A stretch of DNA of 64,000 nucleotides from Antedon mediterranea. Lineage: Eukaryota; Animalia; Echinodermata. The number at the start of each line of letters is the position of its first letter. Position 1 is the first letter of the stretch. The stretch lies in NCBI RefSeq assembly GCF_964355755.1, contig NC_092678.1:10476352-10540351 (forward strand), read 5' to 3'. A program made the translations under genes and the position numbers. The notes under the pieces are model-generated. The model was given only the letters and a program-made list of their open reading frames with translations. It made no database searches and was not told where the DNA came from. Shown piece after piece: positions 39,801 through 53,800 of this stretch.

Positions 39801-40507
39801 TTTGGTGTTTTTATGTTAAAAAGTTTTTTCGAAAATCACAAAATGGTCTAAAACGTCTCCAAATGCGATTTGAAGATATTCTGAGCACTTTGGTGTTTTT
39901 ATGTTAAAAAGTTTTTTGGAAAATCACAAAATGGTCTAAAACGACTCCAAATGCGATTTGAAGCTATCCTGTACACTTTGATGTTTTGTGTGAAAAAGTT
40001 TTGTCGAAATGCTCAAAATGGTCTAAAACGTTTTTAAAACGATATTAAGCTATTTTGTGCTCTTTGATGTTTTTGTGTAACCAAGTTTCATCGAAATGAA
40101 CAAAATGGTCTAAAACGTCTCCAAATGCGATTTGAAGCTTTTCTAAGCACTTTGGTGTTTTTATGTTAACAAGTTTTTTCGAAAATCACAAAATGGTCTA
40201 AAACGTCTCCAAATGCGATTTGAAGATATTCTGAGCACTTTGCTGTTTTTATGTTAACAAGTTTTTTCGAAAATCACAAAATGGTCTAAAACGTCTCAAA
40301 ATGCTATTTGAAGGTATTCTGAGCACTTTGGTGTTTTTGTGTGAAAAGTTTTAACGAAATGCTCAAAATGGTCTAAAACGGTTCTAATGTGATTTTAAAC
40401 ACTTTGATGTTTTGTGTGAAAAAGTTTTGTCAAAATGCTGAAAATGGTCTAAAACGTTTTTAAAACGATATTAAGCTATTTTGTGCTCTTTGATGTTTTT
40501 GTATAAC
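27816..40507. repeat. 12.6 kb tandem super-duplication, copy 2 (12,692 bp; one extra 88 bp monomer)
   Basis: Offset is 12604 until ~39095 and 12692 afterwards (27241 vs 39933); extra GTCTTCAAAT D monomer at 39099-39186. Confidence 0.92.
28620..33294. repeat. Second copy of the 1816 bp 21-mer HOR cluster
   Basis: Equals 16016-20690 plus 12604, including private variants GTGTCAAAAAG, AAAAGGCTC and AAATAAGATT. Confidence 0.9.
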
Positions 40508-43500
40508 CAAGTTTTTTCGAAAATCACAAAATGGTCTAAAACGTCTCCAAATGCGATTTGAAGATATTCTGAGCACTTTGGTGTTTTTATGTTAAAAAGT
40601 TTTTTCGAAAATCACAAAATGGTCTAAAACGTCTCCAAATGCGATTTGAAGATATTCTGAGCACTTTGGTGTTTTTATGTTAAAAAGTTTTTTCGAAAAT
40701 CACAAAATGGTCTAAAACGTCTCCAAATGCGATTTGAAGCTATTCTATACACTTTGATGTTTTGTGTTAAAAAGTTTTGTCGAAATGCTCAAAATGGTTT
40801 AAAACGTTTTTAAAACGATATTAAGCTATTTTGTGCTCTTTGATGTTTTTGTGTAACCAAGTTTCATCGAAATGAACAAAATGGTCTAAAACGTCTCCAA
40901 ATGCGATTTGAAGCTTTTCCAAGCACTTTGCTGTTTTTATGTTAACAAGTTTTTTCGAAAATCACAAAATTGTCTAAAACGTCTCAAAATGCGATTTGAA
41001 GGTATTCTGAGCACTTTGGTGTTTTTGTGTGAAAAGTTTTAACGAAAAGCTCAAAATGGTCTAAAACGGTTCTAATGTGATTTTAAGCACTTTGATGTTT
41101 TTGTACAACCAAGTTTCATCGAAATGCTCAAAATGGTCTAAAACGTTTTTAAAACGATATTAAGCTATTTTGTGCTCTTTGATGTTTTTGTGTAACCAAG
41201 TTTTTTCGAAAATCACAAAATGGTCTAAAACGTCTCCAAATGCGATTTGAAGCTTTTCTAAGCACTTTGGTGTTTTTATGTTAACAAGTTTTTTTGAAAA
41301 TCACAAAATGGTCTAAAACGTCTCAAAATGCGATTTGAAGGTATTCTGAGCACTTTGGTGTTTTTGTGTGAAAAGTTTTAACGAAATGCTCAAAATGGTC
41401 TAAAACGGTTTCTAATGTGATTTTAACCACTTTGATGTTTTTGTGTAACCAAGTTCTTTTCGAAAATCACAAAATGGTCTAAAACGTCTCCAAATGCGAT
41501 TTGAAGCTTTTCTAAGCACTTTGGTGTTTTTATGTTAACAAGTTTTTTCGAAAATCACAAAATGGTCTAAAACGTCTCAAAATGCGATTTGAAGGTATTC
41601 TGAGCACTTTGGTGTTTTTGTGTGAAAAGTTTTAACGAAATGCTCAAAATGGTCTAAAACGGTTTCTAATGTGATTTTAACCACTTTGATGTTTTTGTGT
41701 AACCAAGTTTTTTCGAAAATCACAAAATGGTCTAAAACGTCTCCAAATGCGATTTGAAGCTTTTCTAAGCACTTTGGTGTTTTTATGTTAACAAGTTTTT
41801 TCGAAAATCACAAAATGGTCTAAAACGTCTCCAAATGCGATTTGAAGCTATTCTGTACACTTTGATGTTTTGTGTGAAAAGTTTTAACGAAATGCTCAAA
41901 ATTGTCTAAAACGGTTTCTAATGTGATTTTAAGCACTTTGATGTTTTTGTAAAACCAAGTTTCATCGAAATGCACAAAATGGTCTAAAACGTCTCCAAAT
42001 GCGATTTGAAGCTTTTCCAAGCACTTTGGTGTTTTTATGTTAACAAGGTTTTTCGAAAATCACAAAATGGTCTAAAACGTCTCCAAATGCGATTTGAAGC
42101 TTTTCCAAGCACTTTGCTGTTTTTATGTTAACAAGTTTTTTCGAAAATCACAAAATGGTCTAAAACGTCTCAAAATACGATATTAAGCTGTTTTGTGCAC
42201 TTTGATGATTTGTGTGAAAAGTTTTAACGAAATGCTCAAAATGGTCTAAAACGGTTTCTAATGTGATTTTAAGCACTTTGATGTTTTTATGTAGCCAAGT
42301 TTTTTCGAAAATCACAAAATGGTCAAAAACGTCTCCAAATGCGATTTGAAGCTTTTCTAAGCACTTTGGTTTTTTTATGTTAACAAGTTTTTTCGAAAAT
42401 CACAAAATGGTCTAAAACGTCTTCAAATGCGATTTGAAGATATTCTGAGCACTTTGGTGTTTTTCTGTTAAAAAGTATTTTCGAAAATCACAAAATGGCC
42501 TAAAACGTCTCCAAATGCGATTTGAAGCTATTCTGTACACTTTGATGTTTTGTGTGAAAAAGTTTTGTCAAAATGCTCAAAATGGTCTAAAACGTTTTTA
42601 AAACGATATTAAGCTATTTTGTGCTCTTTGATGTGTTTGTATAACCAAGTTTTTTCGAAAATCACAAAATGGTCTAAAACGTCTCCAAATGCGATTTGAA
42701 GCTTTTCCAAGCACTTTGCTGTTTTTATGTTAACAATTTTTTTCGAAAATCATAAAATGGTCTAAAACGTCTCCAAATGCGATTTGAAGCTATTCTGTAC
42801 ACTTTGATGTTTTGTGTGAAAAGTTTTGTCGAAATGCTCAAAATGGTCTAAAACGTTTTTAAAACGATATTAAGCTATTTTGTGCTCTTTGATGTTTTTG
42901 TGTAACCAAGTTTCATCGAAATGAGCAAAATGGTCTAAAACGTCTCCAAATGCGATTTGAAGCTTTTCTAAGCACTTTGGTGTTTTTATGTTAACAAGTT
43001 TTTTCGAAAATCACAAAATGGTCTAAAACGTCTCAAAATGCTATTTGAAGGTATTCTGAGCACTTTGGTGTTTTTGTGTGAAAAGTTTTAACGAAATGCT
43101 CAAAATGGTCTAAAACGGTTCTAATGTGATTTTAAGCACTTTGATGTTTTTGTATAACCAAGTTTCATCGAAATGCTCAAAATGGTCTAAAACGTTTTTA
43201 AAACGATATTAAGCTATTTTGTGCTCTTTGATGTTTTTGTGTAACGAAGTTTCATCGAAATGAACAAAATGGTCTAAAACGTCTCCAAATGCGATTTGAA
43301 GCTTTTCCAAGCACTTTGCTGTTTTTATGTTAACAAGTTTTTTCGAAAATCACAAAATGGCCTAAAACGTCTCAAAATGCGATTTCAAGGTATTCTGAGC
43401 ACTTTGGTGTTTTTGTGTGAAAGGTTTTAACGAAATGCTCAAAATGGTCTAAAACGGTTTCTAATGTGATTTAAAGCACTTTGATGTTTTTGTATAACCA

Positions 43501-46500
43501 AGTTTCATCGAAATGCACAAAATGGTCTAAAACGTCTCCAAATGCGATTTGAAGCTTTTCTAAGCACTTTGCTGTTTTTATGTTAACAAGTTTTTTCGAA
43601 AATCACAAAATGGTCTAAAACGTCTCCAAATGCGATTTGAAGATATTCTGAGCACTTTGGTGTTTTTATGTTAAAAAGTTTTTTCGAAAATCACAAAAAT
43701 AATGGTCTAAAACGTCTCCAAATGCGATTTGAAGATATTCTGAGCACTTTGGTGTTTTTATGTTAACAAGTTTTTTCGAAAATCACAAAATGGTCTAAAA
43801 CGTCTCCAAATGCGATTTGAAGCTATTCTGTACACTTTGATGTTTTGTGTGAAAAAGTTTTGTCGAAATGCTCAAAATGGTCTAAAACGTTTTTAAAACG
43901 ATATTAAGCTATTTTGTGCTCTTTGATGTTTTTCTGTAACCAAGTTTTATCGAAATGAACAAAATGGTCTAAAACGTCTCCAAATGCGATTTGAAGCTTT
44001 TCCAAGCACTTTGCTGTTTTTATGTTAACAAGTTTTTTCGAAAATCACAAAATGGTCTAAAACGTCTCAAAATGCGATTTGAAGGTATTCTGAGCACTTT
44101 GGTGTTTTTGTGTGAAAAGTTTTAACGAAATGCTCAAAATTGTCTAAAACGGTTTCTAATGTGATTTTAAGCACTTTGATGTTTTTGTAAAACCAAGTTT
44201 CATCGAAATGAACAAAATGGTCTAAAATGTCTCCAAATGCGATTTGAAGCTTTTCCAAGCACTTTGCTGTTTTTATGTTAACAAGCTTTTTCGAAAATCA
44301 CAAAATGGTCTAAAACGTCTCCAAATGCGATTTGAAGATATTCTGAGCACTTTGGTGTTTTTATGTTAAAAAGTTTTTTCGAAAATCACAAAATGGTCTA
44401 AAACGTCTCCAAATGCGATTTGAAGATATTCTGAGCACTTTGGTGTTTTTATGTTAAAAAGTTTTTTCGAAAATCACAAAATGGTCTAAAACGTCTCCAA
44501 ATGCGATTTGAAGCTATTCTGTACACTTTGATGTTTTGTGTGAAAAAGTTTTGTCGAAATGCTCAAAATGGTTTAAAACGTTTTTAAAACGATATTAAGT
44601 TATTTTGTGCTGTTTGATGTTTTTGTGTAACCAAGTTTCATCGAAATGAACAAAATGGTCTAAAACGTCTCCAAATGCGATTTGAAGCTTTTCCAAGCAC
44701 TTTGCTGTTTTTATGTTAACAAGTTTTTTCGAAAATCACAAAATGGTGTAAAACGTCTCAAAATGCGATTTGAAGGTATTCTGAGCACTTTGGTGTTTTT
44801 GTGTGAAAAGTTTTAACGAAATGCTCAAAATGGTCTAAAACGGTTCTAATGTGATTTTAAGCTATTCTAGACACTTTGATGTTTTGTGTGAAAAAGTTTT
44901 CTCGAAATGCTCAAAATGGTCTAAAACGTTTTCCAATACCATATTAAGCTATTTTGTGCAATTTGATGTTTTTGTGTAACCAAGTTTTTTGAAATGCGAT
45001 TTGAAGATATTCTGAGGACTTTGGTGTTTTTATGTTAAAAAGTTTTTTCGAAAATCACAAAATGGTCTAAAACGTCTCCAAATGCGATTTGAAGATATTC
45101 TGAGCACTTTGGTGTTTTTATGTTAAAAAGTTTTTTCGAAAATCACAAAATGGTCTAAAACGTCTCCAAATGCGAGTTGAAGCTATTCTGTACACTTTGA
45201 TGTTTTGTGTGAAAAAGTTTTGTCGAAATGCTCAAAATGGTCTAAAACGTTTTTAAAACGATATTAAGCTATTTTGTGCTCTTTGATGTTTTTGTGTAAC
45301 CAAGTTTTTTCGAAAATCACAAAATGGTCTAAAACGTCTCCAAATGCGATTTGAAGCTTTTCTAAGCACTTTGGTGTTTTTATGTTAACAAGTTTTTTCG
45401 CAAATCACAAAATGGTCTAAAACGTCTCCAAATGCGATTTGAAGATATTCTGAGCACATTGGTGTTTTTATGTTAAAAAGTTTTTTCGAAAATCACAAAA
45501 TGGTCTAAAACGTTTCCAAATGCGATTTGAAGCTCTTCTGTACACTTTGATGTTTTGTGTGAAAAAGTTTTTTCGAAATGCTCAAAATGGTCTAAAACGT
45601 TTTTAAATACGATATTAAGCTGTTTTGTGCACTTTGATGGTTTGTGTGAAAAGTTTTAACGAAATGCTCAAAATGGTCAAAAACGGTTTCTAATGTGATT
45701 TTAAGCACTTTGATGTTTTTGTGTAACCAAGTTTTTTCGAAAATCACAAATTGGTCTAAAACGTCTCCAAATGCGATTTGAAGCTTTTCTAAACACTTTG
45801 GTGCTTTTATGTTAACAAGTTTTTTCGAAAATCACAAAATGGTCTAAAACGTCTCCAAATGCGATTTGAAGCTTTTCTAAACACTTTGGTGTTTTTATGT
45901 TAACAAGTTTTTTCGAAAATCACAAAATGGTCTAAAACGTCTCCAAATGCGATTTGAAGATATTCTGTACACTTTGATGTTTTGTGTGAAAAAGTTTTCT
46001 CGAAATGCTCAAAATGGTCTAAAACGTTTTCCAATACCATATTAAGCTATTTTGTGCAATTTGATGTTTTTGTGTAACCAAGTTTTTTGAAATGCGATTT
46101 GAAGATATTCTGAGCACTTTGGTGTTTTTATGTTAAAAAGTTTTTTCGAAAATCACAAAATGGTCTAAAACGTCTCCAAATGCGATTTGAAGATATTCTG
46201 AGCACTTTGGTGTTTTTATGTTAAAAAGTTTTTTCGAAAATCACAAAATGGTCTAAAACGTCTCCAAATGCGATTTGAAGCTATTCTGTACACTTTGATG
46301 TTTTGTGTGAAAAAGTTTTGTCGAAATGCTCAAAATGGTCTAAAACGTTTTTAAAACGATATTAAGCTATTTTGTGCTCTTTGATGTTTTTGTGTAACCA
46401 AGTTTTTTCGAAAACCACGAAATGGTCTAAAACGTCTTCAAATGCGATTTGAAGCTTTTCTAAGCACTTTGGTGTTTTTATGTTAACAAGTTTTTTCGCA

Positions 46501-49500
46501 AATCACAAAATGGTCTAAAACGTCTCCAAATGCGATTTGAAGATATTCTGAGCACATTGGTGTTTTTATGTTAAAAAGTTTTGTCGAAATGCTCAAAATG
46601 GTCTAAAACGTTTTTAAAACGATATTAAGCTATTTTGTCCTCTTTGATGTTTTTATGTAACCAAGTTTCATCGAAATGAACAAAATGGTCTAAAACGTCT
46701 CCAAATGCGATTTGAAGCTTTTCCAAGCACTTTGCTGTTTTTATGTTAACAAGTTTTTTCGAAAATCACAAAATGGTCTAAAACGTCTCAAAATGCGATT
46801 TGAAGGTATTCTGAGCACTTTGGTGTTTTTGTGTGAAAAGTTTTAACGAAATGCTCAAAATGGTCTAAAACGGTTTCTAATGTGATTTTAAGCACTTTGA
46901 TGTTTTTGTATAACCAAGTTTCATCGAAATTCACAAAATGGTCTAAAACGTCTCCAAATGCGATTTTAAGCTTTTCTAAGCACTTTGGTGTTTTTATGTT
47001 AACAAGGTTTTTCGAAAATCACAAAATGGTCTAAAACGTCTCCAAATGCGATTTGAAGATATTCTGAGCACTTTGGTGTTTTTATGTTAACAAGTTTTTT
47101 CGAAAATCACAAAATGGTCTAAAACGTCTAAAAATACGATATTAAGCTGTTTTGTGCACTTTGATGATTTGTGTGAAAAGTTTTAACGAAATGCTCAAAA
47201 TGGTCTAAAACGGTTTCTAATGTGATTTTAAGCACTTTGATGTTTTTATGTAGCCAAGTTTTTTCGAAAATCACAAAATGGTCAAAAACGTCTCCAAATG
47301 CGATTTGAAGCTTTTCTAAGCACTTTGGTTTTTTTATGTTAACAAGTTTTTTCGAAAATCACAAAATGGTCTAAAACGTCTTCAAATGCGATTTGAAGAT
47401 ATTCTGAGCACTTTGGTGTTTTTCTGTTAAAAAGTATTTTCGAAAATCACAAAATGGTCTAAAACGTCTCCAAATGCGATTTGAAGCTATTCTGTACACT
47501 TTGATGTTTTGTGTGAAAAAGTTTTGTCAAAATGCTCAAAATGGTCTAAAACGTTTTTAAAACGATATTAAGCTATTTTGTGCTCTTTGATGTGTTTGTA
47601 TAACCAAGTTTTTTCGAAAATCACAAAATGGTCTAAAACGTCTCCAAATGCGATTTGAAGCTTTTCCAAGCACTTTGCTGTTTTTATGTTAACAATTTTT
47701 TTCGAAAATCATAAAATGGTCTAAAACGTCTCCAAATGCGATTTGAAGCTATTCTGTACACTTTGATGTTTTGTGTGAAAAGTTTTGTCGAAATGCTCAA
47801 AATGGTCTAAAACGTTTTTAAAACGATATTAAGCTATTTTGTGCTCTTTGATGTTTTTGTGTAACCAAGTTTCATCGAAATGAACAAAATGGTCTAAAAC
47901 GTCTCCAAATGCGATTTGAAGCTTTTCTAAGCACTTTGGTGTTTTTATGTTAACAAGTTTTTTCGAAAATCACAAAATGGTCTAAAACGTCTCCAAATGC
48001 GATTTGAAGCTTTTCTAAGCACTTTGGTGTTTTTATGTTAACAAGTTTTTTCGAAAATCACAAAATGGTCTAAAACGTCTCAAAATGCGATTTGAAGGTA
48101 TTCTGAGCACTTTGGTGTTTTTGTGTGAAAAGTTTTAACGAAATGCTCAAAATGGTCTAAAACGGTTTCTAATGTGATTTTAACCACTTTGATGTTTTTG
48201 TGTAACCAAGTTCTTTTCGAAAATCACAAAATGGTCTAAAACGTCTCCAAATGCGATTTGAAGCTCTTCTGTACACTTTGATGTTTTGTGTGAAAAAGTT
48301 TTGTCGAAATGCTCAAAATGGTCTAAAACGTTTTTAAATACGATATTAAGCTGTTTTGTGCACTTTGATGATTTGTGTGAAAAGTTTTAACGAAATGCTC
48401 AAAATAGTCTATAACGGTTTCTAATGTGATTTTAAGCACTTTGATGTTTTTGTGTAATCAAGTTTTTTTGGAAATCACAAAATGGTCTAAAACGTCTCCA
48501 AATGCGATTTGAAGCTTTTCTAAGCACTTTGGTGTTTTTATGTTAACAAGTTTTTTCGAAAATCACAAAATGGTCTAAAACGTCTCAAAATGCGATTTGA
48601 AGGTATTCTGAGCACTTTGGTGTTTTTGTGTGAAAAGTTTTAACGAAATGCTCAAAATGGTCTAAAACGGTTTCTAATGTGATTTTAACCACTTTGATGT
48701 TTTTGTGTAACCAAGTTTTTTCGAAAATCACAAAATGGTCTAAAACGTCTCCAAATGCGATTTGAAGCTATTCTGTACACTTTGATGTTTTGTGTGAAAA
48801 AAGTTTTGTCGAAATGCTCAAAATGGTCTAAAACGTTTTTAAAACGATATTAAGCTATTTTATGCTCTTTGATGTTTTTGTGTAACCAAGTTTTTTCGAA
48901 AATCACAAAATTGTCTAAAACGTCTCCGAATGCGATTTGAAGCTCTTCTGTACACTTTGATGTTTTGTGTGAAAAAGTTTTCTCGGAATGCTAAAAATGG
49001 TATAAAAACGTTTTCCAATACCATATTAAGCTATTTTGTGCAATTTGATGTTTTTGTGTAACCAAGTTTTTTCGAAAATCACAAAATTGTCTAAAACGTC
49101 TCCGAATGCGATTTGAAGCTCTTCTGTACACTTTGATGTTTTGTGTGAAAAAGTTTTCTCGAAATGCTAAAAATGGTCTAAAACGTTTTCCAATACCATA
49201 TTAAGCTATTTTGTGCAATTTGATGTTTTTGTGTAACAAAGTTTTTTCGAAAATCACAAAATGGTCTAATACGTCTCCAAATGCGATTTGAAGATATTCT
49301 GAGCACTTTGGTGTTTTTATGTTAAAAAGTTTTTTGGAAAATCACAAAATGGTCTAAAACGACTCCAAATGCGATTTGAAGCTATCCTGTACACTTTGAT
49401 GTTTTGTGTGAAAAAGTTTTGTCGAAATGCTCAAAATGATCTAAAACGTTTTTAAAACGATATTAAGCTATTTTGTGCTCTTTGATGTTTTTGTGTATCC

Positions 49501-50846
49501 AAGTTTCATCGAAATGAACAAAATGGTCTAAAACGTCTCCAAATGCGATTTGAAGGTATTCTGAGCACTTTGGTGTTTTTGTGTGAAAAGTTTTAACGAA
49601 ATGCTCAAAATGGTCTAAAACGGTTTCTAATGTGATTTTAACCACTTTGATGTTTTTGTGTAACCAAGTTCTTTTCGAAAATCACAAAATGGTCTAAAAC
49701 GTCTCCAAATGCGATTTGAAGCTTTTCTAAGCACTTTGGTGTTTTTATGTTAAAAAGTTTTTTCGAAAATCACAAAATGGTCTAAAACGTCTCCAAATGC
49801 GATTTGAAGCTCTTCTGTACACTTTGATGTTTTGTGTGAAAAAGTTTTGTCGAAATGCTCAAAATGGTCTAAAACGTTTTTAAATACGATATTAAGCTGT
49901 TTTGTGCACTTTGATGATTTGTGTGAAAAGTTTTAACGAAATGTTCAAAATAATCTAAAACGGTTTCTAATGTGATTTTAAGCACTTTGATGTTTTTGTG
50001 TAACCAAGTTTTTTCGGAAATCACAAAATGGTCTAAAACGTCTCAAAATGCGATTTGAAGCTTTTCTAAGCACTTTGGTGTTTTTATGTTAACAAGTTTT
50101 TTCGAAAATCACAAAATGGTCTAAAACGTCTCAAAATGCGATTGAAGGTATTCTGAGCACTTTGGTGTTTTTGTGTGAAAAGTTTTAACGAAATGCTCAA
50201 AATGGTCTAAAACGGTTCTAATGTGATTTTAAGCACTTTGATGTTTTTGTATAACCAAGTTTCATCGAAATGCTCAAAATGATGTAAAACGTTTTTAAAA
50301 CGATATTAAGCTATTTTGTGCTCTTTGATGTTTTTGTGTAACCAAGTTTTTTCGAAAATCACAAAATGGTCTAAAACGTCTCCAAATGCGATTTGAAGCT
50401 TTTCTAAGCACTTTGGTGTTTTTATGTTAACAAGTTTTTTCGAAAATCACAAAATGGTCTAAAACGTCTCAAAATGCGATTTGAAGGTATTCTGAGCACT
50501 TTGATGTTTTGTGTTAAAAAAGTTTTGTCGAAATGCTCAAAATGGTCTAAAACGTTTTTAAAACGATATTAAGCTATTTTGTGCTCTTTGATGTTTTTGT
50601 GTAACCAAGTTTTATCGAAATGAACAAAATGGTCTAAAACGTCTCCAAATGCGATTTGAAGCTTTTCCAAGCACTTTGCTGTTTTTATGTTAACAAGTTT
50701 TTTCGAAAATCACAAAATGGTCTAAAACATCTCCAAATGCGATTTGAAGATATTCTGAGCACTTTGGTGTTTTTATGTTAAAAAGTTTTTTCGAAAATCA
50801 CAAAATGGTCTAGAACGTCTCCAAATGCGATTTGAAGCTCTTCTGT
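40399..50846. repeat. About 10.4 kb tandem super-unit, copy 1
   Basis: 40399-46414 matches 50847-56946 (offset 10448, then 10536, then 10532); ~45965-50823 matches ~58890-64000 (offset 12924, then 13177). Confidence 0.85.
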
Positions 50847-53800
50847 ACACTTTGATGTTTTGTGTGAAAAAGTTTTGTCAAAATGCTCAAAATGGTCTAA
50901 AACGTTTTTAAAACGATATTAAGCTATTTTGTGCTCTTTGATGTTTTTGTATAACCAAGTTTTTTCGAAAATCACAAAATGGTCTAAAACGTCTCCAAAT
51001 GCGATTTGAAGATATTCTGAGCACTTTGGTGTTTTTATGTTAAAAAGTTTTTTCGAAAATCACAAAATGGTCTAAAACGTCTCCAAATGCGATTTGAAGA
51101 TATTCTGAGCACTTTGGTGTTTTTATGTTAAAAAGTTTTTTCGAAAATCACAAAATGGTCTAAAACGTCTCCAAATGCGATTTGAAGCTATTCTATACAC
51201 TTTGATGTTTTGTGTTAAAAAGTTTTGTCGAAATGCTCAAAATGGTTTAAAACGTTTTTAAAACGATATTAAGCTATTTTGTGCTCTTTGATGTTTTTGT
51301 GTAACCAAGTTTCATCGAAATGAACAAAATGGTCTAAAACGTCTCCAAATGCGATTTGAAGCTTTTCCAAGCACTTTGCTGTTTTTATGTTAACAAGTTT
51401 TTTCGAAAATCACAAAATTGTCTAAAACGTCTCAAAATGCGATTTGAAGGTATTCTGAGCACTTTGGTGTTTTTGTGTGAAAAGTTTTAACGAAAAGCTC
51501 AAAATGGTCTAAAACGGTTCTAATGTGATTTTAAGCACTTTGATGTTTTTGTACAACCAAGTTTCATCGAAATGCTCAAAATGGTCTAAAACGTTTTTAA
51601 AACGATATTAAGCTATTTTGTGCTCTTTGATGTTTTTGTGTAACCAAGTTTTTTCGAAAATCACAAAATGGTCTAAAACGTCTCCAAATGCGATTTGAAG
51701 CTTTTCTAAACACTTTGGTGTTTTTGTGTTAACAAGTTTTTTCGAAAATCACAAAATGGTCTAAAACGTCTCAAAATGCGATTTGAAGGTATTCTGAGCA
51801 CTTTGGTGTTTTTGTGTGAAAAGTTTTAACGAAATGCTCAAAATGGTCTAAAACGGTTTCTAATGTGATTTTAACCACTTTGATGTTTTTGTGTAACCAA
51901 GTTCTTTTCGAAAATCACAAAATGGTCTAAAATGTCTCCAAATGCGATTTGAAGCTTTTCTAAGCACTTTGGTGTTTTTATGTTAACAAGTTTTTTTGAA
52001 AATCACAAAATGGTCTAAAACGTCTCAAAATGCGATTTGAAGGTATTCTGAGCACTTTGGTGTTTTTGTGTGAAAATTTTTAACGAAATGCTCAAAATGG
52101 TCTAAAACGGTTTCTAATGTGATTTTAACCACTTTGATGTTTTTGTGTAACCAAGTTTTTTCGAAAATCACAAAATGGTCTGAAACGTCTCCAAATGCGA
52201 TTTGAAGCTTTTCTAAGCACTTTGGTGTTTTTATGTTAACAAGTTTTTTCGAAAATCACAAAATGGTCTAAAACGTCTCCAAATGCGATTTGAAGCTATT
52301 CTGTACACTTTGATGTTTTGTGTGAAAAGTTTTAACGAAATGCTCAAAATTGTCTAAAACGGTTTCTAATGTGATTTTAAGCACTTTGATGTTTTTGTAA
52401 AACCAAGTTTCATCGAAATGCACAAAATGGTCTAAAACGTCTCCAAATGCGATTTGAAGCTTTTCCAAGCACTTTGGTGTTTTTATGTTAACAAGGTTTT
52501 TCGAAAATCACAAAATGGTCTAAAACGTCTCCAAATGCGATTTGAAGCTTTTCCAAGCACTTTGCTGTTTTTATGTTAACAAGTTTTTTCGAAAATCACA
52601 AAATGGTCTAAAACGTCTCAAAATACGATATTAAGCTGTTTTGTGCACTTTGATGATTTGTGTGAAAAGTTTTAACGAAATGCTCAAAATGGTCTAAAAC
52701 GGTTTCTAATGTGATTTTAAGCACTTTGATGTTTTTATGTAGCCAAGTTTTTTCGAAAATCACAAAATGGTCAAAAACGTCTCCAAATGCGATTTGAAGC
52801 TTTTCTAAGCACTTTGGTTTTTTTATGTTAACAAGTTTTTTCGAAAATCACAAAATGGTCTAAAACGTCTTCAAATGCGATTTGAAGATATTCTGAGCAC
52901 TTTGGTGTTTTTCTGTTAAAAAGTATTTTCGAAAACCACAAAATGGCCTAAAACGTCTCCAAATGCGATTTGAAGCTATTCTGTACACTTTGATGTTTTG
53001 TGTGAAAAAGTTTTGTCAAAATGCTCAAAATGGTCTAAAACGTTTTTAAAACGATATTAAGCTATTTTGTGCTCTTTGATGTGTTTGTATAACCAAGTTT
53101 TTTCGAAAATCACAAAATGGTCTAAAACGTCTCCAAATGCGATTTGAAGCTTTTCCAAGCACTTTCCTGTTTTTATGTTAACAATTTTTTTCGAAAATCA
53201 TAAAATGGTCTAAAACGTCTCCAAATGCGATTTGAAGCTATTCTGTACACTTTGATGTTTTGTGTGAAAAGTTTTGTCGAAATGCTCAAAATGGTCTAAA
53301 ACGTTTTTAAAACGATATTAAGCTATTTTGTGCTCTTTGATGTTTTTGTGTAACCAAGTTTCATCGAAATGAACAAAATGGTCTAAAACGTCTCCAAATG
53401 CGATTTGAAGCTTTTCTAAGCACTTTGGTGTTTTTATGTTAACAAGTTTTTTCGAAAATCACAAAATGGTCTAAAACGTCTCCAAATGCGATTTGAAGAT
53501 ATTCTGAGCACTTTGCTGTTTTTATGTTAACAAGTTTTTTCGAAAATCACAAAATGGTCTAAAACGTCTCAAAATGCTATTTGAAGGTATTCTGAGCACT
53601 TTGGTGTTTTTGTGTGAAAAGTTTTAACGAAATGCTCAAAATGGTCTAAAACGGTTCTAATGTGATTTTAAGCACTTTGATGTTTTTGTATAACCAAGTT
53701 TCATCGAAATGCTCAAAATGGTCTAAAACGTTTTTAAAACGATATTAAGCTATTTTGTGCTCTTTGATGTTTTTGTGTAACGAAGTTTCATCGAAATGAA

